Source: an uncultured Methanolobus sp.
GTDB lineage: Archaea > Halobacteriota > Methanosarcinia > Methanosarcinales > Methanosarcinaceae
Direction of reading: 5' to 3'
DNA length: 64,000 nt
Assembly (NCBI GenBank): GCA_963675495.1
Contig: OY776215.1
Location: 1,017,546-1,081,545, forward strand
In this document: positions 22,281 through 31,250 of the stretch, piece by piece
Layout of the letters: every line of letters starts with the position of its first letter
How positions within the stretch are numbered: position 1 is the stretch's first letter
Position numbers and translations under genes: made by a program
Notes under the pieces: model-generated
The model's database searches: none
The model's input: the letters and a program-made list of their open reading frames with translations, nothing else
Told to the model about the DNA's origin: nothing

Positions 22281-23465
22281 ATGCTAAACGTAAAGAGGAT
22301 AAGAAACGATTTTCCAATCCTTGCGGACATTTCCTATATGGATAATGCAGCAACCAGCCTTTCCCCTGAACAGGTAATCAGTTCCACAAACGATTTTGAA
22401 AGACACTATCGCGCCAATGTTGGAAGAGGAGTGCATCGTCTTACAAATGTAGCCTCACAGAGATATTGGCACGCGCACGAAAAAATTGCCAGATTCATTG
22501 ACGGGGAACATGGTACAATCGTTCTTACTAAAAACACAACAGAAGCCATCAATATGGTTGCCTGTGGGACAAAGTGGAATAAAGGAGACAACGTGGTCAC
22601 CACTATCCTTGAACATCACTCTAATTTTCTTCCGTGGATGCGTTTGCATAATAGAGGCGTAGATATTTCAGTAGTAAGAGCGGACCTTTATGGTTCATTT
22701 AGCATTGGAGACTTTGAAGCCACCATTAATGAGAACACAAAAATTGTTGCAGTTACCCATGCTTCAAATGTACTTGGAAACCTGCTGCCAATGAAAGAGA
22801 TATCCGCCATCTGTAAGGATTACGGAGCGAAACTGCTTATAGACGGAGCGCAATCCGTCCCACACATCCCTGTCAATGTGAAAGAACTAGGCTGTGATTA
22901 TCTCTGCTTTTCAGGTCATAAGATGCTAGGACCCACCGGTACAGGAATACTGTGGATGAAAGAGCCAGATATTCAGCCACTTATGCTTGGTGGCGGTATG
23001 ATAGGAAGAGTATCGTCCAATGATTACACTCTTGCTGAAGATTATCAGAAGTATGAAGCGGGAACCCCCAATATATCGGGCATGATAGGACTTGCACGAG
23101 CTGTTGATTATCTTGAAGATATCGGAATGCAGAATGTAAGAGAACATGAGGAATACCTGACGAAAAAACTGCTTGAAGGACTTCAAGATATCAGTGATGT
23201 AACTGTTTACGGACCTGAAGCCAACCACGAAAGAATAGGAGTAGTATCCTTCAATATCGAAGGAATGCACCCTCATGAAGTAGCACATATCCTTGATGAA
23301 GGAGCAGCCATAATGGCCAGGTCAGGAGAACATTGCTGTCAGCCCCTGATGGAGTATCTGGGACTGGAGAATGGCACTGTAAGGGCAAGCCTCTACCTGT
23401 ACAACACCGAAGAAGAAGTTGACCTTCTGATAGCTACAATGGAAGAAATGACAAGGAGATTATGA
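22281..23465 (+). CDS. Cysteine desulfurase, SufS/CsdA-type (class V aminotransferase)
   Basis: PLP-lysine FSGHKMLGPTGTG and active-site loop RSGEHCCQP (group II cysteine desulfurase pattern). Confidence 0.85.
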   Translation: MLNVKRIRNDFPILADISYMDNAATSLSPEQVISSTNDFERHYRANVGRGVHRLTNVASQRYWHAHEKIARFIDGEHGTIVLTKNTTEAINMVACGTKWNKGDNVVTTILEHHSNFLPWMRLHNRGVDISVVRADLYGSFSIGDFEATINENTKIVAVTHASNVLGNLLPMKEISAICKDYGAKLLIDGAQSVPHIPVNVKELGCDYLCFSGHKMLGPTGTGILWMKEPDIQPLMLGGGMIGRVSSNDYTLAEDYQKYEAGTPNISGMIGLARAVDYLEDIGMQNVREHEEYLTKKLLEGLQDISDVTVYGPEANHERIGVVSFNIEGMHPHEVAHILDEGAAIMARSGEHCCQPLMEYLGLENGTVRASLYLYNTEEEVDLLIATMEEMTRRL

Positions 23466-24269
23466 ATGTACAGGGAAGTCGATTGCATAAAAGGAGATGA
23501 TGATTCCTTTGAACTGGAAATGCATCCAGTTATAGAAGAGATGCCACTTGCTGTTACAGTGAATGGGAGGCATGCCCTTACAGCAATGATAAGTCCTGAC
23601 CTGCTCCGGGAATTCATCCTTGGTTTTCTTTTCACGGAAGGCATAATCAAGGACATATACGAGGTCGAGTCCATAAGGATAGAAGACAGTAATGCCAGTG
23701 TACTGTCGAAAAATCCTTTCAAGATACTTGCATCAAAGAAAACAGTCCTCAGTGGTTGTGGGGGATCGATGTCTTATCTTGATATTGTCAAGCTTCCTGA
23801 AATAAATTCAAGCCTTCGCCTTGATTCTGAAACTATACGTGATTCTGTGAAAGAAGCTCTTGATTCAAAGCTTCACGTACTTACAGGAGGTATACATGTA
23901 GTCGGACTGTACAATGCCAGCGGAAAAGTGTGCGTTGTTGAGGACATAGGCAGGCACAATGCGCTTGACAAGATAATTGGATATGCACTTGAGAACGACA
24001 TCGACCTATCCAGCACATACATCATCTGTTCCGGCAGGATATCATCGGAAATGGTGAGAAAATGTCTGACTGCAAATATACCTGTTGTCGTTTCAAGAGG
24101 AGCAACTACTACACTTGCCATAGATATAGCAAAATCCCGTGGTCTTACCATTGTAGGTTTTGTGCGGAGCAAAAAAATGAATGTTTACTCATGGGGAAAC
24201 AGAATAACAGATATACCTTCTCCAGTTTCCGAATCTCTGGTGGATGCAGCACAGAACAAAACAGAATAA
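23466..24269 (+). CDS. fdhD: FdhD-family sulfurtransferase (formate dehydrogenase/Moco sulfuration accessory protein)
   Basis: FdhD-type sequence (LAVTVNGRH, LGFLFTEGII, SGCGG, EDIGRHNALDK). The ATG directly follows the desulfurase stop (TGAATG). Confidence 0.82.
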   Translation: MYREVDCIKGDDDSFELEMHPVIEEMPLAVTVNGRHALTAMISPDLLREFILGFLFTEGIIKDIYEVESIRIEDSNASVLSKNPFKILASKKTVLSGCGGSMSYLDIVKLPEINSSLRLDSETIRDSVKEALDSKLHVLTGGIHVVGLYNASGKVCVVEDIGRHNALDKIIGYALENDIDLSSTYIICSGRISSEMVRKCLTANIPVVVSRGATTTLAIDIAKSRGLTIVGFVRSKKMNVYSWGNRITDIPSPVSESLVDAAQNKTE

Positions 24270-24281
24270 AATATCCCTCGG

Positions 24282-24476
24282 TCAGCCACCGAATACAACC
24301 TGCATTATACGAATATCATCACAGTTATTGAGTACAGTATCCACAGGAATGATATGCCCATCCCTTGACACAAGCACTTCTCCCTGGCTGATCTTCAGCC
24401 CACGCAGCAACTCTTCAACAGTAATTGGTCCTAAATTCATTTCTCCGGTTTTACCGGATGGTAATTTTACTTTCAT
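24282..24476 (-). CDS. Ubiquitin-like beta-grasp sulfur carrier / small archaeal modifier (MoaD/ThiS/SAMP family)
   Basis: 64 aa ending in ...QVVFGG directly before the stop, giving the diglycine C-terminus. Its size and pattern match ThiS/SAMP-like proteins. Confidence 0.75.
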   Translation of the reverse strand: MKVKLPSGKTGEMNLGPITVEELLRGLKISQGEVLVSRDGHIIPVDTVLNNCDDIRIMQVVFGG

Positions 24477-24647
24477 GGTTCTGCCTGAATAAGTGATAAT
24501 AATAAAATGAGGAATTTAGACTTTCAGATTAGTACGTTTTTTAGCAGGAGTCATGATAACTCCTGCAATAAAGGTCGAGAAGACCACAACCCAAGGCCCG
24601 GATTCAAGCTGTGATGAATGGTTCCGGAACCTTGGAGAACGTTTTTC

Positions 24648-24661
24648 TTCACAATTGTGAA
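24648..24661. promoter_or_regulatory. Palindromic operator copy 5 (perfect TTCACAATTGTGAA)
   Basis: Perfect 14-bp palindrome in the 420-bp gap between the SAMP-like gene and the MATE gene, followed on the plus strand by TATGTATTATAA. Confidence 0.55.
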
Positions 24662-24896
24662 TATGTATTATAAGCACCTGTAATATTTAAGACTTTTGTT
24701 CGTGAGAGTACAAACTGTTATTACGAGCATATTCTTATAAAAGGGAAAAGAAAAAGATAACAAAACTCATAAACCGGCAATATAATTCTGTTTTCGCGGG
24801 TAGAAATACCATTTCTCACATCATATTTCTTACATAGTCAGACAAAAAAAACTTCGTAATAAATTACTTATTCACACATTTGAAATAAGACACTGT

Positions 24897-26270
24897 TTAT
24901 GCATTTATTGCCTTTATTCTGGTTACCCCAAGTTTGTTTACTTCTTTTTTCATTAGAACCACTGCCACAATAAATCCAAGGAAATCAGATACCGGGAATG
25001 ATAGCCATATACCTGTCACACCCATGAACAATGGCAGTACCAGTAAAAGAGGTGGCAGGAAAAACACCTGCCTTGAAAGTGTAACTATCAATGCTTGTTT
25101 TGATTTACCCATAGACTGGAGCAGGGCCGTAGCCACTACCTGACTTCCTATGAAAGGCATCATGAGGAAGCTTATTTTTATTGCCGGTACTCCCATAGCT
25201 AACAGCTCAGAATCATTACTGAAAACCCTGAATATCTGCTCTGGAATAAGGAAGACAACAATGACACTAATTATGCATATGCCAAATGCAATGTAATTTG
25301 AAAGTGAGACCGCTTCCCTGACCCTCCCAAAATCATTAGCACCGTAATTGAAACCGAATATGGGCAGTATTCCATGCTTGATACCTATAAGTGGCATCAG
25401 GAAAATCATGAACACTTTGATAATAATACCAAATACAGCTATAGCCACATCCCCTCCATACACAAGGAGACTCTGGTTCAAAAGAATAAAGACCAGACTT
25501 TCCACTGAATTGAAAATGAATTCGGACATGCCTATGCCTATAGTTTCCTGGGAAATGGCAAGATCCGGTGTCATATATTCCGGTTTAAACGCCACCATGT
25601 TAATGTTGCCCCTATAATAGTGAATTATCATCACACAGCCAATAATCTGAGATATGACTGTTGCAACTGCAGCCCCTATAATTCCCATGTTGAACTCAAA
25701 GATAAAGATCGGGTCTAGTATTATATTCACAACACTTGAGACTAGCATGACAGACATCGCAAACTTTGCATGGCCCTCTGCTCTTATGGCGTTGCTCATG
25801 GCTGCAGAAAAAGCAAAAAATATGGTTCCTATGAGAATATACTTCGTATAATCCCTTGCAAAGGGTAGTACACTCTCAGAAGCACCAAATAACCTTAACA
25901 TTGGATCAATGAATAATAATCCCAAGACTGTAAAGATCACACTTGCTATAATTACCAGAGTGACCATATTAGCCAGAGTTCTCTCAGCCTTGTCTGAATC
26001 ACCCATTCCCAGAGCTCTCGAGATGACAGACGCACCTCCAATGCCTATTCCCATGGCTATTGCCATCATAAGCATCTGTATAGGAAACGCAACAGAGATT
26101 CCCGCTATTCCAAGAGCACTGTCAGCGCCCAGTCCCCTGCCCACAAATATGGTGTCCACGAGATTATAGAATGCCTGTACAAGCAATCCTATAATTGCAG
26201 GTGTTGAAAGCTTGAAGATGAGTTTCCTTATACTCTCGGTTGCAAGCATATCGTATCTTTCGTGTTTCAT
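24897..26270 (-). CDS. MATE family efflux transporter
   Basis: 457 aa with about 12 predicted TM helices and a MATE-type N-terminus (LSTPAIIGLLVQAFYNLVDTIFVGR). Confidence 0.85.
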   Translation of the reverse strand: MKHERYDMLATESIRKLIFKLSTPAIIGLLVQAFYNLVDTIFVGRGLGADSALGIAGISVAFPIQMLMMAIAMGIGIGGASVISRALGMGDSDKAERTLANMVTLVIIASVIFTVLGLLFIDPMLRLFGASESVLPFARDYTKYILIGTIFFAFSAAMSNAIRAEGHAKFAMSVMLVSSVVNIILDPIFIFEFNMGIIGAAVATVISQIIGCVMIIHYYRGNINMVAFKPEYMTPDLAISQETIGIGMSEFIFNSVESLVFILLNQSLLVYGGDVAIAVFGIIIKVFMIFLMPLIGIKHGILPIFGFNYGANDFGRVREAVSLSNYIAFGICIISVIVVFLIPEQIFRVFSNDSELLAMGVPAIKISFLMMPFIGSQVVATALLQSMGKSKQALIVTLSRQVFFLPPLLLVLPLFMGVTGIWLSFPVSDFLGFIVAVVLMKKEVNKLGVTRIKAINA

Positions 26271-26471
26271 ACAATGGACATCCTGATGGGGAGGTGGGTA
26301 AGAGCACCTTGAATGAGTTTGCCGTATTTAATCATTTGCAAACTCTAAGCAAACAAAGGACATTAAACTTGGCACCCCAATCAATATTAAAATCAAATTT
26401 TAAACCAACATCCTATACAACACTATATTTATCTCCAATGAGAAACATGCAAATCCTTATACTCAAATAAT

Positions 26472-26543
26472 GGACCTGTAGTGTAGTGGATATCACTTTA
26501 GCCTCCGGAGCTTAGAACCCGGGTTCGATTCCCGGCAGGTTCG
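26472..26543 (+). tRNA. tRNA-Arg (anticodon CCG)
   Basis: Manual cloverleaf: acceptor GGACCUG/CAGGUUC, D arm GUGU..CAC, anticodon stem UUAGC/GCUUA with loop CU-CCG-GA, T arm CCGGG-UUCGAUU-CCCGG, discriminator G. CCA is not encoded. Confidence 0.85.
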
Positions 26544-26655
26544 TCAACATTTTTGCTATTGAGATTCTTTTTATCTTTATATAAGAATTGAGCCACCTCT
26601 CATCTTTATATACATACAGAACCAAATTATTTCATCAATAATTGAGGTGGGAGTT

Positions 26656-27153
26656 ATGAAAACATTAGTAACATATATGTCACAGACAGGGAATACAAAA
26701 AAACTGGCAGAAGCAATTTTTACTGAAATTGCTGGTGAAAAGGATATAAAAGACATTAAGGATGCAAGCAATTTTGAAGGCTATGATCTTGTATTTGTAG
26801 GATTTCCGGTAATTCAATTCACAATTCCACCGAATATTTCCAAATTTGTTTCAGAGAATGTGGATGATAAGAACATAGCATTCTTCATGACCCATGGTGT
26901 TCCTGATGGATTTGAAGCCATTAAATCATGGACAGGATCAATAAAGGATATAGCAGCCAGTGGTAATTTACTTGGTACATTTGAATGTCAGGGTGAGATT
27001 GCACAGAACGTTCTTGATATGCTCGAAAAGTCCGATGATCCTGAAATGAAGGCCTTTGCCAAGTTGGGTCCTGGCGCAAAAGGACAGCCTGATGAAGCCC
27101 ATGTTCAGAAAGTAAAGGACTTTGCAAAGGAAATTCAGTCAAAGGTCCAGTAA
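26656..27153 (+). CDS. Flavodoxin-family protein (paralog 1)
   Basis: FMN phosphate-binding N-terminus MKTLVTYMSQTGNTKKLAE. The ATG at 26656 is preceded by GAGGTGG. It has a close paralog at 34814-35311. Confidence 0.85.
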   Translation: MKTLVTYMSQTGNTKKLAEAIFTEIAGEKDIKDIKDASNFEGYDLVFVGFPVIQFTIPPNISKFVSENVDDKNIAFFMTHGVPDGFEAIKSWTGSIKDIAASGNLLGTFECQGEIAQNVLDMLEKSDDPEMKAFAKLGPGAKGQPDEAHVQKVKDFAKEIQSKVQ

Positions 27154-27435
27154 AGAGTTACTAATGGTTGTATCCGGGCTAAAGCAAAACTGAATACTAC
27201 TGCTTAACATCTGATCAGCCAATTCCAAAGTAAATATTAAAAAATGAAAGGCAATAGAAGCCTTTTATTCTCTTTTTTTTAAGAAATTGTGTAACAGTAT
27301 AGGCTCCCCGGAGATTATCCACCTATTATAGTTATTATAATAACAACCGACATAATGTCCACAACATTCTTTTAATATTATAATAATATTGGATTATATA
27401 TTCATACAAACGTCGGAAAAGCAACGGTGTTCAAA

Positions 27436-30048
27436 ATGATTTCAAAAAAGTTACACATAGTCAGATATTCAATGATATTGCTGATCTTCATATCATGCAT
27501 TGGAATCGTATCTGCAGCGACAATCACCGTTGGGGACAGCGGAAAGGACCATACCACAATAAGCGCTGCAGTTTCTAATGCAAGTTCAGGCGATATTATC
27601 CTTGTAAGTGATGGAACTTACACTGAGAATGTAGTTGTCAACAAGGCTGTCACCATTATCTCAGAAAATGGTGCTGCAAGCACGCTAGTTCAGTCAACTG
27701 GCAGCCATATTATTAGTATAAGCTCTGATAATGTTACCATTAGTGGATTCAACATAACCTGTACTGTACCCAGCACCCACGCCGGCATATATGTTTCATC
27801 TGCTTCGAATTGTAACATTTCAGATAATAAATTGAATGGAAATTGTTATGGTATTTATCTTGCTTCTTCAAGTAACAATACTTTAAGCAACAATAATGCC
27901 AATAACAATGAGTATGGTATTTATCTGGAAGGTTCAAGTAATTATAATACTTTGACCAGCAATAATGTCAGTTCAAACACGGATTACGGTATTTATCTTG
28001 ATCATTCAAGTAACAATACTTTGACCAGCAACATTGCCAGTGACAATAGGTACGGTATTAATCTTGGTTCTTCAAGTAACAACACTTTGATCAGCAATAA
28101 TGCCAGTTCAAACACTGGTTACGGTATTTCTCTTTCTTATGCTAGTAACAACACTTTGACCAGCAATAATGCCAGTTCAAACACTATTATTGGTATTTAT
28201 CTTTCTTCTGCTAGTAACAACACTTTGACCAGCAATAATGCAAATTCAAACACGCCTCATGGTATTTATCTTGATTCTTCAAGTAACAATACTTTGACCG
28301 GCAATAATGCCAGTTCAAACAATTATTATGGTATTTGTCTTGATTCTTCAAGTAACAATACTTTGACCAGCAATAATGCCAACAACAATGAGTATGGTAT
28401 TTATCTTGATGATTCAAATAACAATACTTTGACTAATAATTTGATGTCATCAAATAGTTATAATTTTGGAATTTCTATTTCATATCTAGAAGATTTCCTG
28501 CATGATATAAACGAGAGCAATTTGGTTGATGGCAAACCACTGTATTATTGGACTAATCGCTCAAATGAAGAAGTACCTTCAGATGCAGGAGCTGTATATG
28601 TGATTAACTCAACAAATATCACTGTAAAGGACATTGAATTAGCTAATGTAGATGCTGGTATTCTGTTTGCGTATACTAACAATTCAACAATACAGAACGT
28701 CACCGTATCAAAAGGCTATACTAGTGTTCTGTTTGCGTATACTAACAATTCAACAATACAGAACGTCACCGTATCAGAAGGCTTTATTGGTGTTCAACTG
28801 GTATTTTCAAGCTATAACATTCTTGATGCTATCACTGCTAATAATACTGCTTGCGGTATCTATCTTGACTATTCCAGTTACAATGCTTTGACCAGCAATA
28901 ATGCCAATAACAATGAGTATGGGATTTATCTTCTTGATAGCAGTAACAATACTTTAAGCAATAATAGTGTAATAAATAACTCTATCTATGACTTCAACTC
29001 CGAGTCGACATCATCTGCTAACATAATAGAGAATCTGGTACTGACAAACAACTTCACAGAGATATCGTTTATTAGCGACCCTGGTACTATAGTAAAAGGA
29101 CTTGAAACTGTTGCAGCAACAGTTTCTGGCAAAATTAGCATGAACCATTATGTGACTATTGTCAATTCAAGTGCATCACCTATGAACTTCACATTTCACT
29201 ATAATGATTCCGGGCTGAGTACTACTGATGAATCTTCTGTGGCGTTGTACAGGCTAAATGGCAGCGAATGGCTTGCAGTTTCTGGAACTTCACTCAACAC
29301 AACCGGTAATTATGTTTCTGCCAATCTCACAGAATTCGGTACATTCGGAATCTTTACAGGTGGTGATATTTCCATTTCCTCAAGTTCATCCAGTTCCAGC
29401 TCAAGTGGTGGTTCTGTAGCTTCAAGAGTAATCTCACAGGGAACTGTCGAACAGTTATCTTTAGGTGAGGATGGAGAGATAATGGGTGATACTGTTATTA
29501 AATCATCAGACACAAAAGCGACATTAACACTGTACAAAGGAACTGTGGCTCTTGATTCCTTTGACGAACTTGTGAATAAAGTTATGATCACCGTTCCGGC
29601 ATCTCTGCCGGCAGACGTTCCTGCAGATATGGCTTATTCAGGTCTTTACTATGAATTCGGGCCATCAGGAACCACTGTAAATAAAGATGTCATGGTCACC
29701 ATCGATTTCGATCCGGTAGAATTTGAAGGTAGAAGTCCGATCATCTATACTTACACTTCTGAAGATGGATGGGTAGCCCTGGAAACAACAGTTGACTGGG
29801 AAAATGGCAGAGCAACAACAATGACACGTTACTTTTCGACCTGTGCATTATTTGGAGCCGATGTGGAAGAAGTAGAGGAGAATGTGGTGGAAACAGTGGC
29901 ATTAGATTCCTCGCCAGTTACATGTGTAGAAACACCGGTTGAGGATGATACAGGTTTAGGTTACCTCAATTGGATTGCAGGTGTCGGAATTGTTCTGATG
30001 CTTGGAATCGTCCTTGTAAGAAAACAAAAGAGTGGTGGAGGGCTTTAA
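27436..30048 (+). CDS. Secreted, membrane-anchored parallel beta-helix (PbH1/NosD-like) repeat surface protein
   Basis: Signal peptide (LLIFISCIGIVSA) and about nine 22-23-aa coils of the form NNTLTSNNASSN..YGIYL. Also a poly-Ser linker and a C-terminal TM plus basic tail (GIVLMLGIVLVRKQK). Confidence 0.8.
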   Translation: MISKKLHIVRYSMILLIFISCIGIVSAATITVGDSGKDHTTISAAVSNASSGDIILVSDGTYTENVVVNKAVTIISENGAASTLVQSTGSHIISISSDNVTISGFNITCTVPSTHAGIYVSSASNCNISDNKLNGNCYGIYLASSSNNTLSNNNANNNEYGIYLEGSSNYNTLTSNNVSSNTDYGIYLDHSSNNTLTSNIASDNRYGINLGSSSNNTLISNNASSNTGYGISLSYASNNTLTSNNASSNTIIGIYLSSASNNTLTSNNANSNTPHGIYLDSSSNNTLTGNNASSNNYYGICLDSSSNNTLTSNNANNNEYGIYLDDSNNNTLTNNLMSSNSYNFGISISYLEDFLHDINESNLVDGKPLYYWTNRSNEEVPSDAGAVYVINSTNITVKDIELANVDAGILFAYTNNSTIQNVTVSKGYTSVLFAYTNNSTIQNVTVSEGFIGVQLVFSSYNILDAITANNTACGIYLDYSSYNALTSNNANNNEYGIYLLDSSNNTLSNNSVINNSIYDFNSESTSSANIIENLVLTNNFTEISFISDPGTIVKGLETVAATVSGKISMNHYVTIVNSSASPMNFTFHYNDSGLSTTDESSVALYRLNGSEWLAVSGTSLNTTGNYVSANLTEFGTFGIFTGGDISISSSSSSSSSSGGSVASRVISQGTVEQLSLGEDGEIMGDTVIKSSDTKATLTLYKGTVALDSFDELVNKVMITVPASLPADVPADMAYSGLYYEFGPSGTTVNKDVMVTIDFDPVEFEGRSPIIYTYTSEDGWVALETTVDWENGRATTMTRYFSTCALFGADVEEVEENVVETVALDSSPVTCVETPVEDDTGLGYLNWIAGVGIVLMLGIVLVRKQKSGGGL
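27829..28462 (+). repeat. About nine tandem 66-69-nt coding repeats (beta-helix coils) inside the surface-protein gene
   Basis: Periodic DNA and protein repeat (aacaatactttgaccagcaataatgcc...ggtatttatctt) read directly in the sequence. Confidence 0.85.
28661..28792 (+). repeat. Recent 66-bp (22-codon) tandem duplication
   Basis: 28661-28726 and 28727-28792 are identical over the first 50 nt (ttctgtttgcgtatactaacaattcaacaatacagaacgtcaccgtatca) and then diverge at a few positions. Confidence 0.9.
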
Positions 30049-30146
30049 GCCTTCCAATTCTTTTTTTTAAATATCAATTACGCCCCTTCACTTTTATTGA
30101 ATAAGAGATTTCAACAGAGCCCATAAATTGATAATTGAAATGGGGT

Positions 30147-30200
30147 ATTTTTCTGTACTAATTTGAATGTTGTACATAATCATAACGATTAAGTATATAT
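30147..30200 (+). promoter_or_regulatory. Shared promoter/operator module, copy A (upstream of the DUF1638 gene)
   Basis: ATTTTTCTGTAC-N12-TGTACATAATCATAACGATTAAGTATATAT. It has the inverted half-sites TGTAC/GTACA and a terminal TATA-like box, 229 nt before the ATG at 30429. Confidence 0.7.
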
Positions 30201-30428
30201 CAATGCATTATTTATCTTAATCTAGTAATAATTGATAGAACTGGAATACATCAAAAAATACGTAGAAGATGCTAATGAAAAATAACTCAAATCCTTTTGC
30301 TTTCTTGGCCAGAAGTTACAGGGACAGTAAGTAGAATTCATTAGAGATCTGCTATTTTATTTTTTGATTATATCCATGTTATATTTAATGCACAGATATT
30401 TCAGAACCAATGCATTCGGAGGGTGAAA

Positions 30429-31250
30429 ATGACTGTATTAAGCATATTAGGTTGCAAAATGCTTCAGGATGAAGTTGTATGGCTTTTGAGCAATGATTCC
30501 AGAATTTCAAAAGTAATGATTGTGGAAAGTGAAAATATTTCTGAATTCATTGGGAAACTTGATGAGCAACATACATCTTATGAAATTCTACAACTTGAAA
30601 CTATCTCAAATATCCTTAAGGATGAAGATAAGGATGAACTAACTGTTGTCGTTAACTTCCTTGAACTTCAACTTCATGTAGTGCCAAAAAAACTAAAATC
30701 TGGTGTTTATGAAACCATAGAAAAAATGACACCATTTTCCAGTGGGATCCTCCTATTTTATGGCCTCTGCGGTAACGTTCTGGGTAATGTAGAAGAAGAT
30801 TTCTGTCTGGAAAAAGATGGTTGTGTCGTGAGAATACTCAGAGACGATGAAAGAATTGTTGATGACTGCATAGGGGCAACTGTCGGGGGTGGTGCAAACT
30901 ACTTGAAATTACTGAAAGAAAACAGTAAAGAGCCTGCATTCTATTTCACACCCATGTATGTCAATTCATGGAAAGAATTCAATATTTCAGGCTATGATTA
31001 TAATACAAACCCTGAAAAAGCAGTGAAGATGGACAAAATGATCAATGACCTGGCAGGATACTCAAGAGTTGCAAAGGTCAATACCGGTCTTACATATGTG
31101 AAGGATTTTGATGAGAAAATAGAAGAATATGCAAAAATATTTGGATACAGTATTTTTGAGATAGATGGCAATCAGGAAATATTCGAGAAATGTTATGCTT
31201 CAATAAAAAATGAAATAACCGGCGAAGATTCAGTGAACGGATGTAGCTGA
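30429..31250 (+). CDS. DUF1638 domain protein
   Basis: 273 aa. Pattern GILLFYGLCGN, DDCIGA, YFTP..W as I recall for DUF1638. ATG at 30429 after GGAGGG (GTG at 30423 is the alternative). Confidence 0.6.
   Translation: MTVLSILGCKMLQDEVVWLLSNDSRISKVMIVESENISEFIGKLDEQHTSYEILQLETISNILKDEDKDELTVVVNFLELQLHVVPKKLKSGVYETIEKMTPFSSGILLFYGLCGNVLGNVEEDFCLEKDGCVVRILRDDERIVDDCIGATVGGGANYLKLLKENSKEPAFYFTPMYVNSWKEFNISGYDYNTNPEKAVKMDKMINDLAGYSRVAKVNTGLTYVKDFDEKIEEYAKIFGYSIFEIDGNQEIFEKCYASIKNEITGEDSVNGCS

Noticed and set aside
24062-24492. Plus-strand ORFs 24062-24331 and 24244-24492 overlapping fdhD and the SAMP-like gene.
   Set aside because: They are out of frame or antisense to supported genes, and their translations are not protein-like.
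27829-28462. Regular 66-69-nt repeats that superficially resemble a CRISPR array.
   Set aside because: The repeats are contiguous with no unique spacers. They are in frame within one long ORF and encode beta-helix coils.
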